Assembly (NCBI GenBank): GCA_964436165.1
Contig: CAYTBY010000003.1
Coordinates: forward strand, 1-62,533
Length of the DNA: 62,533 nucleotides
Origin: an uncultured Candidatus Saccharibacteria bacterium
GTDB taxonomy: Bacteria; Patescibacteriota; Minisyncoccia; 2-02-FULL-40-12; GWA2-44-9
Reading direction: 5' to 3'
A program made the position numbers and the translations under genes. The notes beneath the pieces were generated by a model, which was not told the origin of the DNA, did not search any database, and worked only from the letters and a program-made list of their open reading frames with translations. How positions within the stretch are numbered: the first letter of the stretch is position 1; every line of letters begins with the position of its first letter. Positions 1-8,701 of this stretch are shown here, piece after piece.

Positions 1-202
1 CGATATTCTCTGAAAATTGGTACATCTCAAAACTCACTCCAATATTCTCGGCCACCTTCCCCTTCAGCTCGACAAACTTCTTAAATTCTGGATCATCCCC
101 AACCAAAATTGCCGCAAGACGGAGTTTTGACTCTTTCTCCGATACTTCTTTCTTTAATCCCCCCAGCGCTTCGTCGGCAATTTTTTTGCCATCTATGACC
201 AT
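1..202 (-). CDS. folD: Bifunctional methylene-THF dehydrogenase/cyclohydrolase, N-terminal part (runs off window start)
   Basis: Manual translation from ATG at 202: MVIDGKKIADEALGGLKKEV...LAAILVGDDPEFKKFVELKGKVAENIGV, a FolD-type N-terminus; lies next to glyA. Confidence 0.85.
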   Translation of the reverse strand, partial: MVIDGKKIADEALGGLKKEVSEKESKLRLAAILVGDDPEFKKFVELKGKVAENIGVSFEMYQFSENI

Positions 203-246
203 AACGTATAAAGTTTATAACTATTTGACTTTAAAATCTAGTGGGT

Positions 247-265
247 ATATGATAATATCATATTA
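247..265 (+). promoter_or_regulatory. Putative TA autoregulatory operator overlapping the -10 box
   Basis: Inverted repeat ATATGATA-taa-TATCATAT overlaps TATAAT (253-258) upstream of the antitoxin gene. Confidence 0.5.
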
Positions 266-282
266 AAATATCATATAACAAA

Positions 283-504
283 ATGTCTACACTATCTGTA
301 CCGTTACCACCCCACCTGGAAGAATTCATTTCTGACCAAGTAAAAAGAGGTCTAGCTTCAAACAAGGCCGACGTTGTAAGAAAAGCGTTGAAACTCCTCC
401 GAGAAGAAGAGGCAATTAGAGTTGTTTTGGAATCAGAACGAGAAATTTCAGAAGGTAAAATTCTCCGCGGGGATTTAAGAAAGCTAGCTAAAAAAATTAA
501 ATAA
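283..504 (+). CDS. Ribbon-helix-helix (ParD-like) antitoxin
   Basis: MSTLSVPLPPHLEEFI...NKADVVRKALKLL RHH pattern; directly upstream of a RelE-like gene. Confidence 0.75.
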   Translation: MSTLSVPLPPHLEEFISDQVKRGLASNKADVVRKALKLLREEEAIRVVLESEREISEGKILRGDLRKLAKKIK

Positions 505-507
505 TTT

Positions 508-771
508 ATGAGATTATCAGTTGCTTATACACCTGCGTTTACGCGTCAGTTTAAGACTCTTGAATTAGAGCTTCGAGAAGAAGCCATAGAAAAAATAAAA
601 TTATTCAAAGATTCAACAAGCCATAGAGGTTTAAAAGTCCATAAACTTAAAGGATATTTCCACGACCGATATAGTTTTTCCGTAAACTACAAATTCAGAA
701 TTGTTTTCTCATATCTCTCTAAAAAAGAATCCGTTCTCCTCGCTATCGGCGACCACGATATTTATAAATAA
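508..771 (+). CDS. RelE/ParE-superfamily toxin
   Basis: 87 aa; HKLKG...YSFSVNYKFRIVF...IGDHDIY RelE-fold motifs. Confidence 0.8.
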   Translation: MRLSVAYTPAFTRQFKTLELELREEAIEKIKLFKDSTSHRGLKVHKLKGYFHDRYSFSVNYKFRIVFSYLSKKESVLLAIGDHDIYK

Positions 772-817
772 AAACCCCGCTCTTTCAAGAAAAAGCGGAG
801 TGAGTTTACGGTGACCG

Positions 818-1045
818 TCATCTAACAGTGATTATATTAAATTTATAACCCGGTGATAAACTAACAGATACTTCTTTTGTAAGTGAGTTGCGTGAAACTG
901 TTATAACTGGATTGTTTTCCAAGTCACGAATAGAAACCACATCATTCCCACCAAAATTATCTAAGTAGTATCTACTATTGGGCTGGTGACCACTCATTGG
1001 CTTAAGCGACGGCTCTCTCGTAAAGTGATCCCTGTATATAGACAT
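818..1045 (-). CDS. Hypothetical protein
   Basis: 75-aa ORF filling the gap downstream of glyA; no recognised motif. Confidence 0.5.
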   Translation of the reverse strand: MSIYRDHFTREPSLKPMSGHQPNSRYYLDNFGGNDVVSIRDLENNPVITVSRNSLTKEVSVSLSPGYKFNIITVR

Positions 1046-1095
1046 CGGTTTTCTTCCTTATTTTTAAGTTGCTTCAATAACCAACGTATATTAAT

Positions 1096-2253
1096 CTATC
1101 CGCTCTGTTCTGTCAACACCTCTTTAATCCTTCTTGCTATCTCCACCATCTCTTTTTCTTTCATTCCCTGCGTTGTCACCGCCGGGGTGCCAAGGCGGAT
1201 ACCGGAGGGATCCCAGGGTTTACGGGTATCAAAAGGAATCATGTTCTTATTAACGATTATCCCCTCTTTCTCGAGCTTATCCGAGGCCTGCTGGCCGGTA
1301 AGCCCCATCGGCGTCATATCAATCAAGATCAAATGATTATCCGTCCCCCCGGAACACAGTTTAAATCCTAGCTTGATCAACTCACCGGCCATCGCTTTGG
1401 CGTTTTTGACAACTTGCTCGGCATACTCTTTAAACTCTGGCTTCAGCGCTTCCTCCAAGGCCACGCCTGTCGCCGCAACCGCATTCATGTGCGGCCCGCC
1501 TTGAATACCGGGGAAAACGGCTTTATTGATATTGTCGGCCAGAGATTTTTTGCAAATAATTATCGCGCTTCTCGGCCCACGTAACGTCTTATGAGTCGTG
1601 GTAGTTACAATATCGGCATAAGGAAACGGCGAGGGATGCGCTCCGCCGACAATAAGACCGGCAATATGGGCAATATCAGCCATGAGCAAAGCATTGACTG
1701 ATTTGGCTATTTCGCTGAATTTTTTATAATCTAAAATCCTAGGATAAGCCGAGGTTCCGGCAATTATCATTTTGGGCTGAAACCTTTTAGCGATTTCACT
1801 GACTTGATCATAGTTGATATAGCCATTTTCTCCCACCCCGTAATGCTCAAAATTAAAAACTTTCCCGGTAATGCTGACGGAATGGCCATGGGTCAAATGT
1901 CCGCCATGCTCAAGAGACATTGAAAGAATCTCATCGCCGACATTAAGAGCACCGAAATAAACAGCAATATTGGCGATACTACCAGAATACGGCTGGACAT
2001 TGACTGAATACTCGCTTTTATCGACTCTAAAGGCCTGGTGGGTTAAATCAATAACCTCATCCTCCAATTCATCAATATGCTGATTACCGGCATAATAACG
2101 GCGATGAGACAATCCCTCGGCATATTTATTGGTAAAAACCGAGCCGAGAGCCCGCAAAACATCATCCGACACAAAGTTCTCCGACGGTATCAGGTTAATC
2201 ACCTTCTTTTGCCTCTCTTCCTCTTTTTTTAGTATCTCAAATATTTTGGACAT
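1096..2253 (-). CDS. glyA: Serine hydroxymethyltransferase
   Basis: LIPSENF, NKYAEG, GGHLTHG and TTTHKTLRGPR (PLP lysine) motifs. Confidence 0.98.
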   Translation of the reverse strand: MSKIFEILKKEEERQKKVINLIPSENFVSDDVLRALGSVFTNKYAEGLSHRRYYAGNQHIDELEDEVIDLTHQAFRVDKSEYSVNVQPYSGSIANIAVYFGALNVGDEILSMSLEHGGHLTHGHSVSITGKVFNFEHYGVGENGYINYDQVSEIAKRFQPKMIIAGTSAYPRILDYKKFSEIAKSVNALLMADIAHIAGLIVGGAHPSPFPYADIVTTTTHKTLRGPRSAIIICKKSLADNINKAVFPGIQGGPHMNAVAATGVALEEALKPEFKEYAEQVVKNAKAMAGELIKLGFKLCSGGTDNHLILIDMTPMGLTGQQASDKLEKEGIIVNKNMIPFDTRKPWDPSGIRLGTPAVTTQGMKEKEMVEIARRIKEVLTEQSG

Positions 2254-2341
2254 TGGTTATATACTAGCAAAAAATGATCTTTTTGAAAATAACCGCTCTC
2301 GCCATCAATATTTTCGACCGGCTTTATTTCTTCGGACAAAT

Positions 2342-2446
2342 GCTTAAATTAACCTCAATTTGGCTTATTGATTTCAGGCCCTGTTTCCCAAAGTCTCAAC
2401 ACCCGAAATCAATATAGCCAAATTATCAACTAATTTAAGCATTGTG
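2342..2446 (-). repeat. ~100-bp hairpin-forming dispersed repeat, copy A
   Basis: Reverse complement is nearly identical to 49770-49874. Confidence 0.9.
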
Positions 2447-2570
2447 TTGCCCTTGAAAAAAGATGGTCTGCAAATATTAATGGCTACGCGGTTATTTTAA
2501 AAAAATCCCCTCCTTAGCACTGAGTTAATCGAAGTGCTTCGGAGGGGCAATGTGCTATTTAAGCGGTTAT

Positions 2571-2762
2571 TTAATGGGGACGAGGCCAACCATATCTTTT
2601 TTCAAATTCCTCTTTTTCCTTTGGGTCAGTTATATGTTTTGCACCTAAGGCCTTAGCTATCTTTTTAACGTTAAGCTTTGGTTTTCTTGTACGCTTTCTA
2701 TGCTTCGCCACCTTATTCCTCCTCAAAAAGAACCTTCGATATATTAGCAAATTAAAAAACAA
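2571..2762 (-). CDS. Small basic hypothetical protein (start uncertain, possibly the internal GTG)
   Basis: ORF track; lysine-rich, protein-like C-terminal part. Confidence 0.4.
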   Translation of the reverse strand: MFFNLLIYRRFFLRRNKVAKHRKRTRKPKLNVKKIAKALGAKHITDPKEKEEFEKRYGWPRPH

Positions 2763-2831
2763 ATAGCTAATTTTTTTCGCGCAGCCGATTGCCTTCTCGG
2801 GACAGTTGCCGGCTTATGTAGCTTATAATGC

Positions 2832-2867
2832 CCCCTCACCTTTATGATATATCATAAAGGTGAGGGG
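2832..2867. repeat. Perfect 36-bp palindrome (REP-like)
   Basis: CCCCTCACCTTTATGATA|TATCATAAAGGTGAGGGG. Confidence 0.85.
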
Positions 2868-2927
2868 CTCTTTACAAAAGCAGCGACTTCACATAGCGAA
2901 AAATATCGCTGGGGTTTTGAGCGTGTC

Positions 2928-2958
2928 CCGACCTGCCTACCGGCAGGCAGGTAGTCGG
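2928..2958. repeat. Short GC-rich palindromic element
   Basis: CCGACCTGCCT-accggc-AGGCAGG-tag-TCGG downstream of tsaC. Confidence 0.6.
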
Positions 2959-2976
2959 TGAGAGAGATTTTAGCAA

Positions 2977-3618
2977 CTAAATATTTAGCAACTTCAGAAA
3001 CTCCTCCGGTTTGGACGGCCCGACGCGGAGGATTTTTGGTTTATCGGCAGTCAAGTCAAGAACAGCCGAAGGTTCTGATTTTGGAAGAATCCCCGCATCA
3101 AGAACAAGGTCCGGCTGGCGGGTAAGCCGTTTTGAGAATATTTCGATTATCTCGTTTATATCCTGGGTCGGCTCTTTGCCGGAAATATTAGCGGAGGTCA
3201 AAGCAATCGGATAACCAAATAATTTAAGCATCCGTTCGGTCAATGGATGATCGGGCACCCGCATTCCGACAGTTTTCTGTTTTGAAGTAACAATATCAGG
3301 AACTATTTCTTTTTTATTAAAAACCGCCGTCACTCTTCCGGGCCAAACCTTTTGCAATACTTTTTCATCTCTCTTTTTAATATAAGCCAGGCCTTTGGCC
3401 CATTTAATATTCCTGACTATTATCGGCAGAGGTTTTGAGAAGGGCCTGCCCTTAATTTCAAATACTTTCCTGACCGCCTTTTCCTCAAGGGCATTACAGC
3501 CAATCCCGTACAAAGTATCGGTCGGGCAGATAATAACTCCGCCAGATGATAAAACCTGAACCGCTTCTTTGAGGGCTTCCGTATAGTCCTTGTTGAAATC
3601 TACTTGGATTATTTTCAT
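2977..3618 (-). CDS. tsaC: L-threonylcarbamoyladenylate synthase (Sua5/YrdC family)
   Basis: PTDTLYGIG, KGRPFSKPL and TSANISG motifs. Confidence 0.93.
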   Translation of the reverse strand: MKIIQVDFNKDYTEALKEAVQVLSSGGVIICPTDTLYGIGCNALEEKAVRKVFEIKGRPFSKPLPIIVRNIKWAKGLAYIKKRDEKVLQKVWPGRVTAVFNKKEIVPDIVTSKQKTVGMRVPDHPLTERMLKLFGYPIALTSANISGKEPTQDINEIIEIFSKRLTRQPDLVLDAGILPKSEPSAVLDLTADKPKILRVGPSKPEEFLKLLNI

Positions 3619-3700
3619 AAATTACAAATCACAAGCACTAAATTACAAATAAAGCCTAACTCCTAAATCTTAAACTTTGGAATTTGGAAATTGGGATTTG

Positions 3701-4390
3701 TTATTTGCGATTTAAAATCTGTTCTGCTCTTTCTAAATCGCTGGGGTATCCTATCGGCAGCCAAAAAGTTGAACGAATAGCCTCGAATTTATACCCATCC
3801 TGTATCATCTGGGAAATTGAGTCGGTTAAGTAATGTTCACCGTTTGGATGTTGTTTGGCCGGGTAGTTAAATACGCTTTTATCCAAGAGCAGAACTCCCG
3901 TTGAAACAAGACTGCTCTTTGGATTCTCTGGTTTTTCTTCGAAGCCCCTTACAATTCCCTTACTATCAGCCTCGATCACGCCAAACCTTCTTGGATCTTT
4001 CGCTTCCGAAACAAGAACGCAAAGGTTTTTAGAGTTTGCGCATTTTTCAAGTCCCTCTCGACCATGTAAATCATCAGCAAACATCAGCAGAAACTTCTCT
4101 TTTTCTTCCAGAAGACCACTGCAAAGTTTTAAGGCATCGTAGGTTCCTTTTTTTTCGCCCTGAATAAGATAATCTATCTTAAAACGTCCGAACTGATGTT
4201 TAAAATAAGCGTGTATCTTGTGATGCAAATATCCGACAACCAAAATAAGCTCGTCAATATTCTCGGGCAAGGATTCGATTATGTGCTCCAAAATAGGCTT
4301 TTCATTTAACAAAAGCATCGGCTTTGGAGTCTCGTTTGTCAACGGCCTCATTCGTATTCCCTCCCCGGCCGCAAGAATAATTGCTTTCAT
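3701..4390 (-). CDS. Sugar-phosphate nucleotidyltransferase (GlmU-N/GalU-like)
   Basis: ILAAGEGIRMRPLT...PKPM motif; co-oriented with glmS. Confidence 0.88.
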   Translation of the reverse strand: MKAIILAAGEGIRMRPLTNETPKPMLLLNEKPILEHIIESLPENIDELILVVGYLHHKIHAYFKHQFGRFKIDYLIQGEKKGTYDALKLCSGLLEEKEKFLLMFADDLHGREGLEKCANSKNLCVLVSEAKDPRRFGVIEADSKGIVRGFEEKPENPKSSLVSTGVLLLDKSVFNYPAKQHPNGEHYLTDSISQMIQDGYKFEAIRSTFWLPIGYPSDLERAEQILNRK

Positions 4391-4401
4391 GATTTTTAAT
4401 T

Positions 4402-6252
4402 TTATTCCACCGTTACTGACTTAGCAAGATTCCTCGGCTTATCGACGTCATGCCCTCGCAAGACCCCCATATAATAGGCAAGCAGATGCAGAGGCATAAC
4501 TGATAATATTGGCGTGAGCATTTCCAGTGTTTCTGGGATATATATAACGTCATCGGCTAATTCGGCAATTTCCTTATCGCCCCGAGTGGCAATCGCTATC
4601 ACCGGCCCCCGGCGGGCTTTTATTTCTTGGATATTGCTTATGACTTTTTCATGCATTGAATCAGATGGAACAATCACTACCGACGGAAACTTGTAATCTA
4701 TCATTGCCAACGGACCATGCTTCATCTCCCCCGCTCCATAACCTTCGGCATGGATATATGAAACCTCCTTGAGCTTCAGGGCACCTTCCAAAGCAACCGG
4801 ATAATTATACTTGCGTCCAAGAAAGAGAAAGTCGTTGTACTTGTGATACTTTCTGGCTATTTTTTTAATCTCTTTCGCCTGGCTTAAAATAATCCTCATC
4901 TTATCCGGCAATACGCTCAATTCCTCTGCTATTTTTCTCCCGGCGCTAGAAGACATATCTCTCTGCCGACCCAAAAATAAAGCCAGCAAGGCCATGACCG
5001 CCACTTGTGAAACAAAGGCTTTGGTTGAAGCAACGCCAATTTCCGGACCAGCATGGTTATATACCCCGGCCCTGGTTTCTCTGGCGATTGAAGAGCCGAC
5101 AGTATTAACCACGCCCAGAACCATTAAGCCCTTTCTTTTTATCTCCCGTAAAGCGCTAAGAGTATCCGCCGTCTCTCCGGACTGACTTACTGCCAAAAGC
5201 GCCGTTTTTCGGTCAAGATTATTTTTTTTATATTTTAATTCGGAAGCATATTCGGTCTCAACCTGAACGCCGCCATGGGCCTCGATCATATACTCGCCAG
5301 TCAAGCCGGCATAGTAAGCCGTACCACAAGCAGTAATAACAAGCCGATTTAATTTTCTTAAATCTTTTTCAACCGTTTCTAACCCGCCGAGCTTGGCTAA
5401 ACCATCTTTAATAATTAACCGGCCCCTTATCGCATTCTCCACCGCTTCCGGCTCTTCATAAATTTCCTTGAGCATAAAATGAGGGAACTTATTCTTCTTA
5501 ACCTGATCCTCTGACCAGTCGATGCTTTCCTCGTCTCGCTCAATGGCTTGCCGGTCTAAAGTTGCAATTCTAAAATCTTTTGGGGTTAAAATAGCAAATT
5601 CGCCGTCCTCAAGATAAACGACTTTTCTGGTATGGGGCAAGATAGCCGAGGCGTCAGAAGCCACGTACTTTGCATTATCAGAAAAACCGACCAGAAGAGG
5701 GCTTGAATTCCTGGCCACGATCATCTTCCCAGGATGATTAGCGTGAATAATAGTAAAAGCATAAGTGCCGATAATAGACTTGAGGGCCAGACGAACCGAT
5801 TCCTCAAAACTCATTCCTTGTCCGCCAGCTGGCGGATTCATAAAATCTTCGATCAAATGGACTGCTACTTCGGTATCGGTATCAGAGTTAAATCTGTGGC
5901 CCTTTCCAAGAAGCTGATTTTTTAACTCCTTATAATTCTCAATTATCCCGTTATGGGTCAGATATATTTTTTTATTACAGCTAAAGTGAGGATGGGAATT
6001 TTTGTCAGTCGGCGCCCCGTGTGTTGCCCAGCGGGTATGACCGATGGCAGTGCTGGACTCTATGTTTCGATTAACTATTTTTTCAAGTTCAAAAACTCGG
6101 CCCGACTTTTTGCAAGAAAAAACACCCCTTTTAGTAACCGCCGCAATACCGGCAGAATCATAACCCCGGTATTCGAGGCGCTTTAAACCGTCCAATATAA
6201 TCGGGACTGCCTTTATACTGTTCTTGCTAACATATCCGAATATTCCACACAC
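4402..6252 (-). CDS. glmS: Glutamine-fructose-6-phosphate aminotransferase (GTG start)
   Basis: N-terminal CGI, GHTRWATHG, SQSGETAD and C-terminal PRNLAKSVTVE. Confidence 0.98.
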   Translation of the reverse strand: MCGIFGYVSKNSIKAVPIILDGLKRLEYRGYDSAGIAAVTKRGVFSCKKSGRVFELEKIVNRNIESSTAIGHTRWATHGAPTDKNSHPHFSCNKKIYLTHNGIIENYKELKNQLLGKGHRFNSDTDTEVAVHLIEDFMNPPAGGQGMSFEESVRLALKSIIGTYAFTIIHANHPGKMIVARNSSPLLVGFSDNAKYVASDASAILPHTRKVVYLEDGEFAILTPKDFRIATLDRQAIERDEESIDWSEDQVKKNKFPHFMLKEIYEEPEAVENAIRGRLIIKDGLAKLGGLETVEKDLRKLNRLVITACGTAYYAGLTGEYMIEAHGGVQVETEYASELKYKKNNLDRKTALLAVSQSGETADTLSALREIKRKGLMVLGVVNTVGSSIARETRAGVYNHAGPEIGVASTKAFVSQVAVMALLALFLGRQRDMSSSAGRKIAEELSVLPDKMRIILSQAKEIKKIARKYHKYNDFLFLGRKYNYPVALEGALKLKEVSYIHAEGYGAGEMKHGPLAMIDYKFPSVVIVPSDSMHEKVISNIQEIKARRGPVIAIATRGDKEIAELADDVIYIPETLEMLTPILSVMPLHLLAYYMGVLRGHDVDKPRNLAKSVTVE

Positions 6253-6370
6253 TTCTTCGCTCCTTGCGGAGCTTCCCCCTTCGTTAAAACTTCGGGGGAC
6301 AAGACGAAGTACTTTCCGTACTTGTCCTACGAAAGTTTACTGAAGTAGGAGCTTTAGCGAAGGAGGGCTA
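6253..6370. repeat. Nested palindromic element in the glmS 5' region (CCGAAGCT/AGCGAAGG family)
   Basis: Several stacked hairpins, ending AGCTTTAGCGAAGGAGGGC; related motifs at 6502, 27188, 28655 and 53368. Confidence 0.7.
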
Positions 6371-6383
6371 CATTTACTTTATT

Positions 6384-6421
6384 ATATCAATAAAAGCGCC
6401 TTATGGCGCTTTTATTGATAT
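6384..6421 (-). terminator. Probable intrinsic terminator of rpsP
   Basis: Perfect 17-bp stem ATATCAATAAAAGCGCC-ttat-GGCGCTTTTATTGATAT just after the rpsP stop. Confidence 0.7.
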
Positions 6422-6432
6422 TGATTAATTAT

Positions 6433-6798
6433 TTATACCGTCGGGGCTGGAATCGGTTCGACTGGTTTTGCAACTTGTCCCTTGTCGCTTGTTCCTTGCT
6501 TGCCCGACGAAGCCTCGGCGGAGGCGGGTCGCTTCTTAGGTTTCCAGCTCTGCATTTTAGGTTTATCCCAGACTTTATAATTTACCATGAGATTGTTGAC
6601 TGTCGGAGAAATTTGAGCGCCTTTTGAAATCCAATATTCGATTCTGTCTCGTTTAACTTTAAACTCTTTCTGGTGTGGGTTATATGTACCCAAAAGCTCA
6701 AGGTACTTGCCCTTGACCCTTGAGGTATGCTCGAGGATAACGACCCTAAAATAGGCCTGCCCCCTTTTTCCCGTTCTTTGCAAACGAATCATTAACAT
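6433..6798 (-). CDS. rpsP: 30S ribosomal protein S16
   Basis: MLMIRLQRTGKRGQAYFRVV...ELLGTYNP; the C-terminal tail includes a repeat-derived segment. Confidence 0.97.
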   Translation of the reverse strand: MLMIRLQRTGKRGQAYFRVVILEHTSRVKGKYLELLGTYNPHQKEFKVKRDRIEYWISKGAQISPTVNNLMVNYKVWDKPKMQSWKPKKRPASAEASSGKQGTSDKGQVAKPVEPIPAPTV

Positions 6799-6842
6799 GT
6801 TATTAGTTTATAGTAAAACCCTATAAAAAGCAAATTTAAAAA

Positions 6843-7121
6843 TTATTTAGAGTTGATTGATATCTTTAATTTTGCATCCAATGCTTCGGCAATTTTATAG
6901 AGAAGACCCACGCTGGGGTTATAAGTACCCGATTCAAAACGAGAGATTGCTGACTGCCTTGTGCCCATTATTTCTGCGAGTTCTTTTTGAGTTATTTTGC
7001 ATTGAAGTCGTTTTCTGATAAGTAACGTGGCAACTTCAAATTCGGGCCCCAATTCGTCATAGGCCCTTTTTATATGCTTATTGCCAAGGAGTTGTTTTTT
7101 AAACTTTGCGTAGCTTTTCAT
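6843..7121 (-). CDS. XRE HTH antitoxin (HigA-like)
   Basis: TQKELAEIMGTRQSAISRFESG helix-turn-helix; downstream of a RelE-like toxin. Confidence 0.85.
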   Translation of the reverse strand: MKSYAKFKKQLLGNKHIKRAYDELGPEFEVATLLIRKRLQCKITQKELAEIMGTRQSAISRFESGTYNPSVGLLYKIAEALDAKLKISINSK

Positions 7122-7142
7122 AAAAGCAGTATAACATATATG

Positions 7143-7460
7143 TTATCTGACAACAAGAAGTATGGTCAATTTTTGTAAAGCGATCTTAATCTCCTTGCCC
7201 GGGATTTGCCGGCTTTTCTTCAAGAAACCGTGAAGCAGCACCGCCTCGTCCCGGTAGAATGTATAAAAAATACGGACTTCTTGCTTGCCACGTATTCTAA
7301 GTTCATACAATTTATTCTTGATCTTTTTACTGTGTGGCAACCCAAGAGAACTTCCAAATATTTCTAAAAGATCGATGGTGCGTAATACTTTTGCCACCGT
7401 CAGTTTTTCCAGAGAACTGATAAATGTCTCGACCCCAGAATCAAAAAGATTAATTTTCAT
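7143..7460 (-). CDS. HigB/RelE-like toxin
   Basis: LYELRIRGKQEVRIFY...LLHGFLKKS motif; start placed at MKINLF, which follows TGcTAATAT by 7 nt. Confidence 0.82.
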   Translation of the reverse strand: MKINLFDSGVETFISSLEKLTVAKVLRTIDLLEIFGSSLGLPHSKKIKNKLYELRIRGKQEVRIFYTFYRDEAVLLHGFLKKSRQIPGKEIKIALQKLTILLVVR

Positions 7461-7540
7461 CGAGAATATATTAGCAAAATTCAAAAAATAAGCAAGCACA
7501 TACCCGCCTTAAAATATTCTGAGGATTAGTCAGTTTCTCA

Positions 7541-7975
7541 TTATTTTTTATTGGAGTGGACTCTTGCGAAAATAACCAATACGGCAAATACAATTAAAAA
7601 TGAACCTTCTACAATTTCAATTACTGTATAAAACGGTTGTGTATAGAAATAAAGCGAGGAATAATTTCCAAAACCATCGAAAAAATCACTTATTAAAAAA
7701 TAGAAAAGAACAAGGCCATGTAAAAAAGCCCAGATTCCAATAATAAAAATTAAATCCCTATAATACTCTACTCTTCTAGACAACCCAAGGATAACTAAAG
7801 CGGCAAGAAGCACAAAAGAACCATAAATTTGAGATAGAAATTTTGAAAATGATAAAGCACTAACTGGCCAAACTTCAATTACATCTTTCAGCCGCAAATT
7901 AAAAAAATGAATACTAAAATCAACGAGTAAATATATCCCCATTACTATTAATCCAATTCTTATCAGAAGATTCAT
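7541..7975 (-). CDS. Hypothetical membrane protein
   Basis: About four hydrophobic segments. Confidence 0.7.
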   Translation of the reverse strand: MNLLIRIGLIVMGIYLLVDFSIHFFNLRLKDVIEVWPVSALSFSKFLSQIYGSFVLLAALVILGLSRRVEYYRDLIFIIGIWAFLHGLVLFYFLISDFFDGFGNYSSLYFYTQPFYTVIEIVEGSFLIVFAVLVIFARVHSNKK

Positions 7976-8098
7976 AATTTGTTTGAATCTAGATTAACAA
8001 AAAACTCGATTGGACGAAAGTACTTAGCCCCACAAGAAAAAACGGCTTTCGCCGTTTATTACATAAAACTACTAATAAGGACAAGGGTACTTCGCAGC

Positions 8099-8527
8099 TC
8101 ATGTTTTAAAATTATTTAAAATTTGATTTAGCTTTTCTGATTTTTCGGTGCTGATTTTTTGAGACATAAAACCAACATAGCTGGCCAGAATTTTTTTGAA
8201 AACCATTTTGGATGTTTGGCCCATTTTTTCTTTGGGATAGGCAGAGTCAATGACTCTTTGGATCTCGGTGACGTTAGGATCATTTTTATCGTATTTTTTT
8301 TCAATAGCTACCCCGGCGATCCAATCCCGCTGTTCATCAGAGAGGCAACCCCGTATTTCCATAAGTAACTGGTTGGCAAACTTCCGCTTAAAACCCTCGA
8401 GAGCTTCTTCTTTCTCGGGTTCAAAGAAATTTAAAACATCAAAAATCTCCCAAAGTATTCTTTTGTATTCGCCCTTAATCATGAGAATCGTTAGAGTCGG
8501 AAAATCCATCAAGAGCCTCTGTGGCAA
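8099..8527 (-). CDS. Hypothetical protein
   Basis: 142-aa ORF co-oriented with its neighbours; true start may be an internal Met. Confidence 0.6.
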   Translation of the reverse strand: MPQRLLMDFPTLTILMIKGEYKRILWEIFDVLNFFEPEKEEALEGFKRKFANQLLMEIRGCLSDEQRDWIAGVAIEKKYDKNDPNVTEIQRVIDSAYPKEKMGQTSKMVFKKILASYVGFMSQKISTEKSEKLNQILNNFKT

Positions 8528-8666
8528 TATCTCTTAACACTTCAAATGGTATCTCAACCGGCATAATCATGGTTTCTCCGATAATTTGCGCGATTTCTCC
8601 CACCCCGCCCCACTCCTCTTGAGATCCCCAATTTTCTGAATGTGATTCTGATTCTTCGTATGGCAT
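8475..8666 (-). CDS. Small acidic hypothetical protein
   Basis: 63-aa ORF, protein-like composition, in operon position. Confidence 0.45.
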   Translation of the reverse strand: MPYEESESHSENWGSQEEWGGVGEIAQIIGETMIMPVEIPFEVLRDIATEALDGFSDSNDSHD

Positions 8667-8701
8667 AAGATAAATTTAGGACTTGCACGTAGGTCCTGAG
8701 A

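Noticed and set aside
6253-6421. glmS ribozyme upstream of glmS (AGCGCC present)
   Set aside because: AGCGCC is part of a perfect terminator-like hairpin. I cannot find the rest of the ribozyme core, and the region matches a dispersed repeat family.
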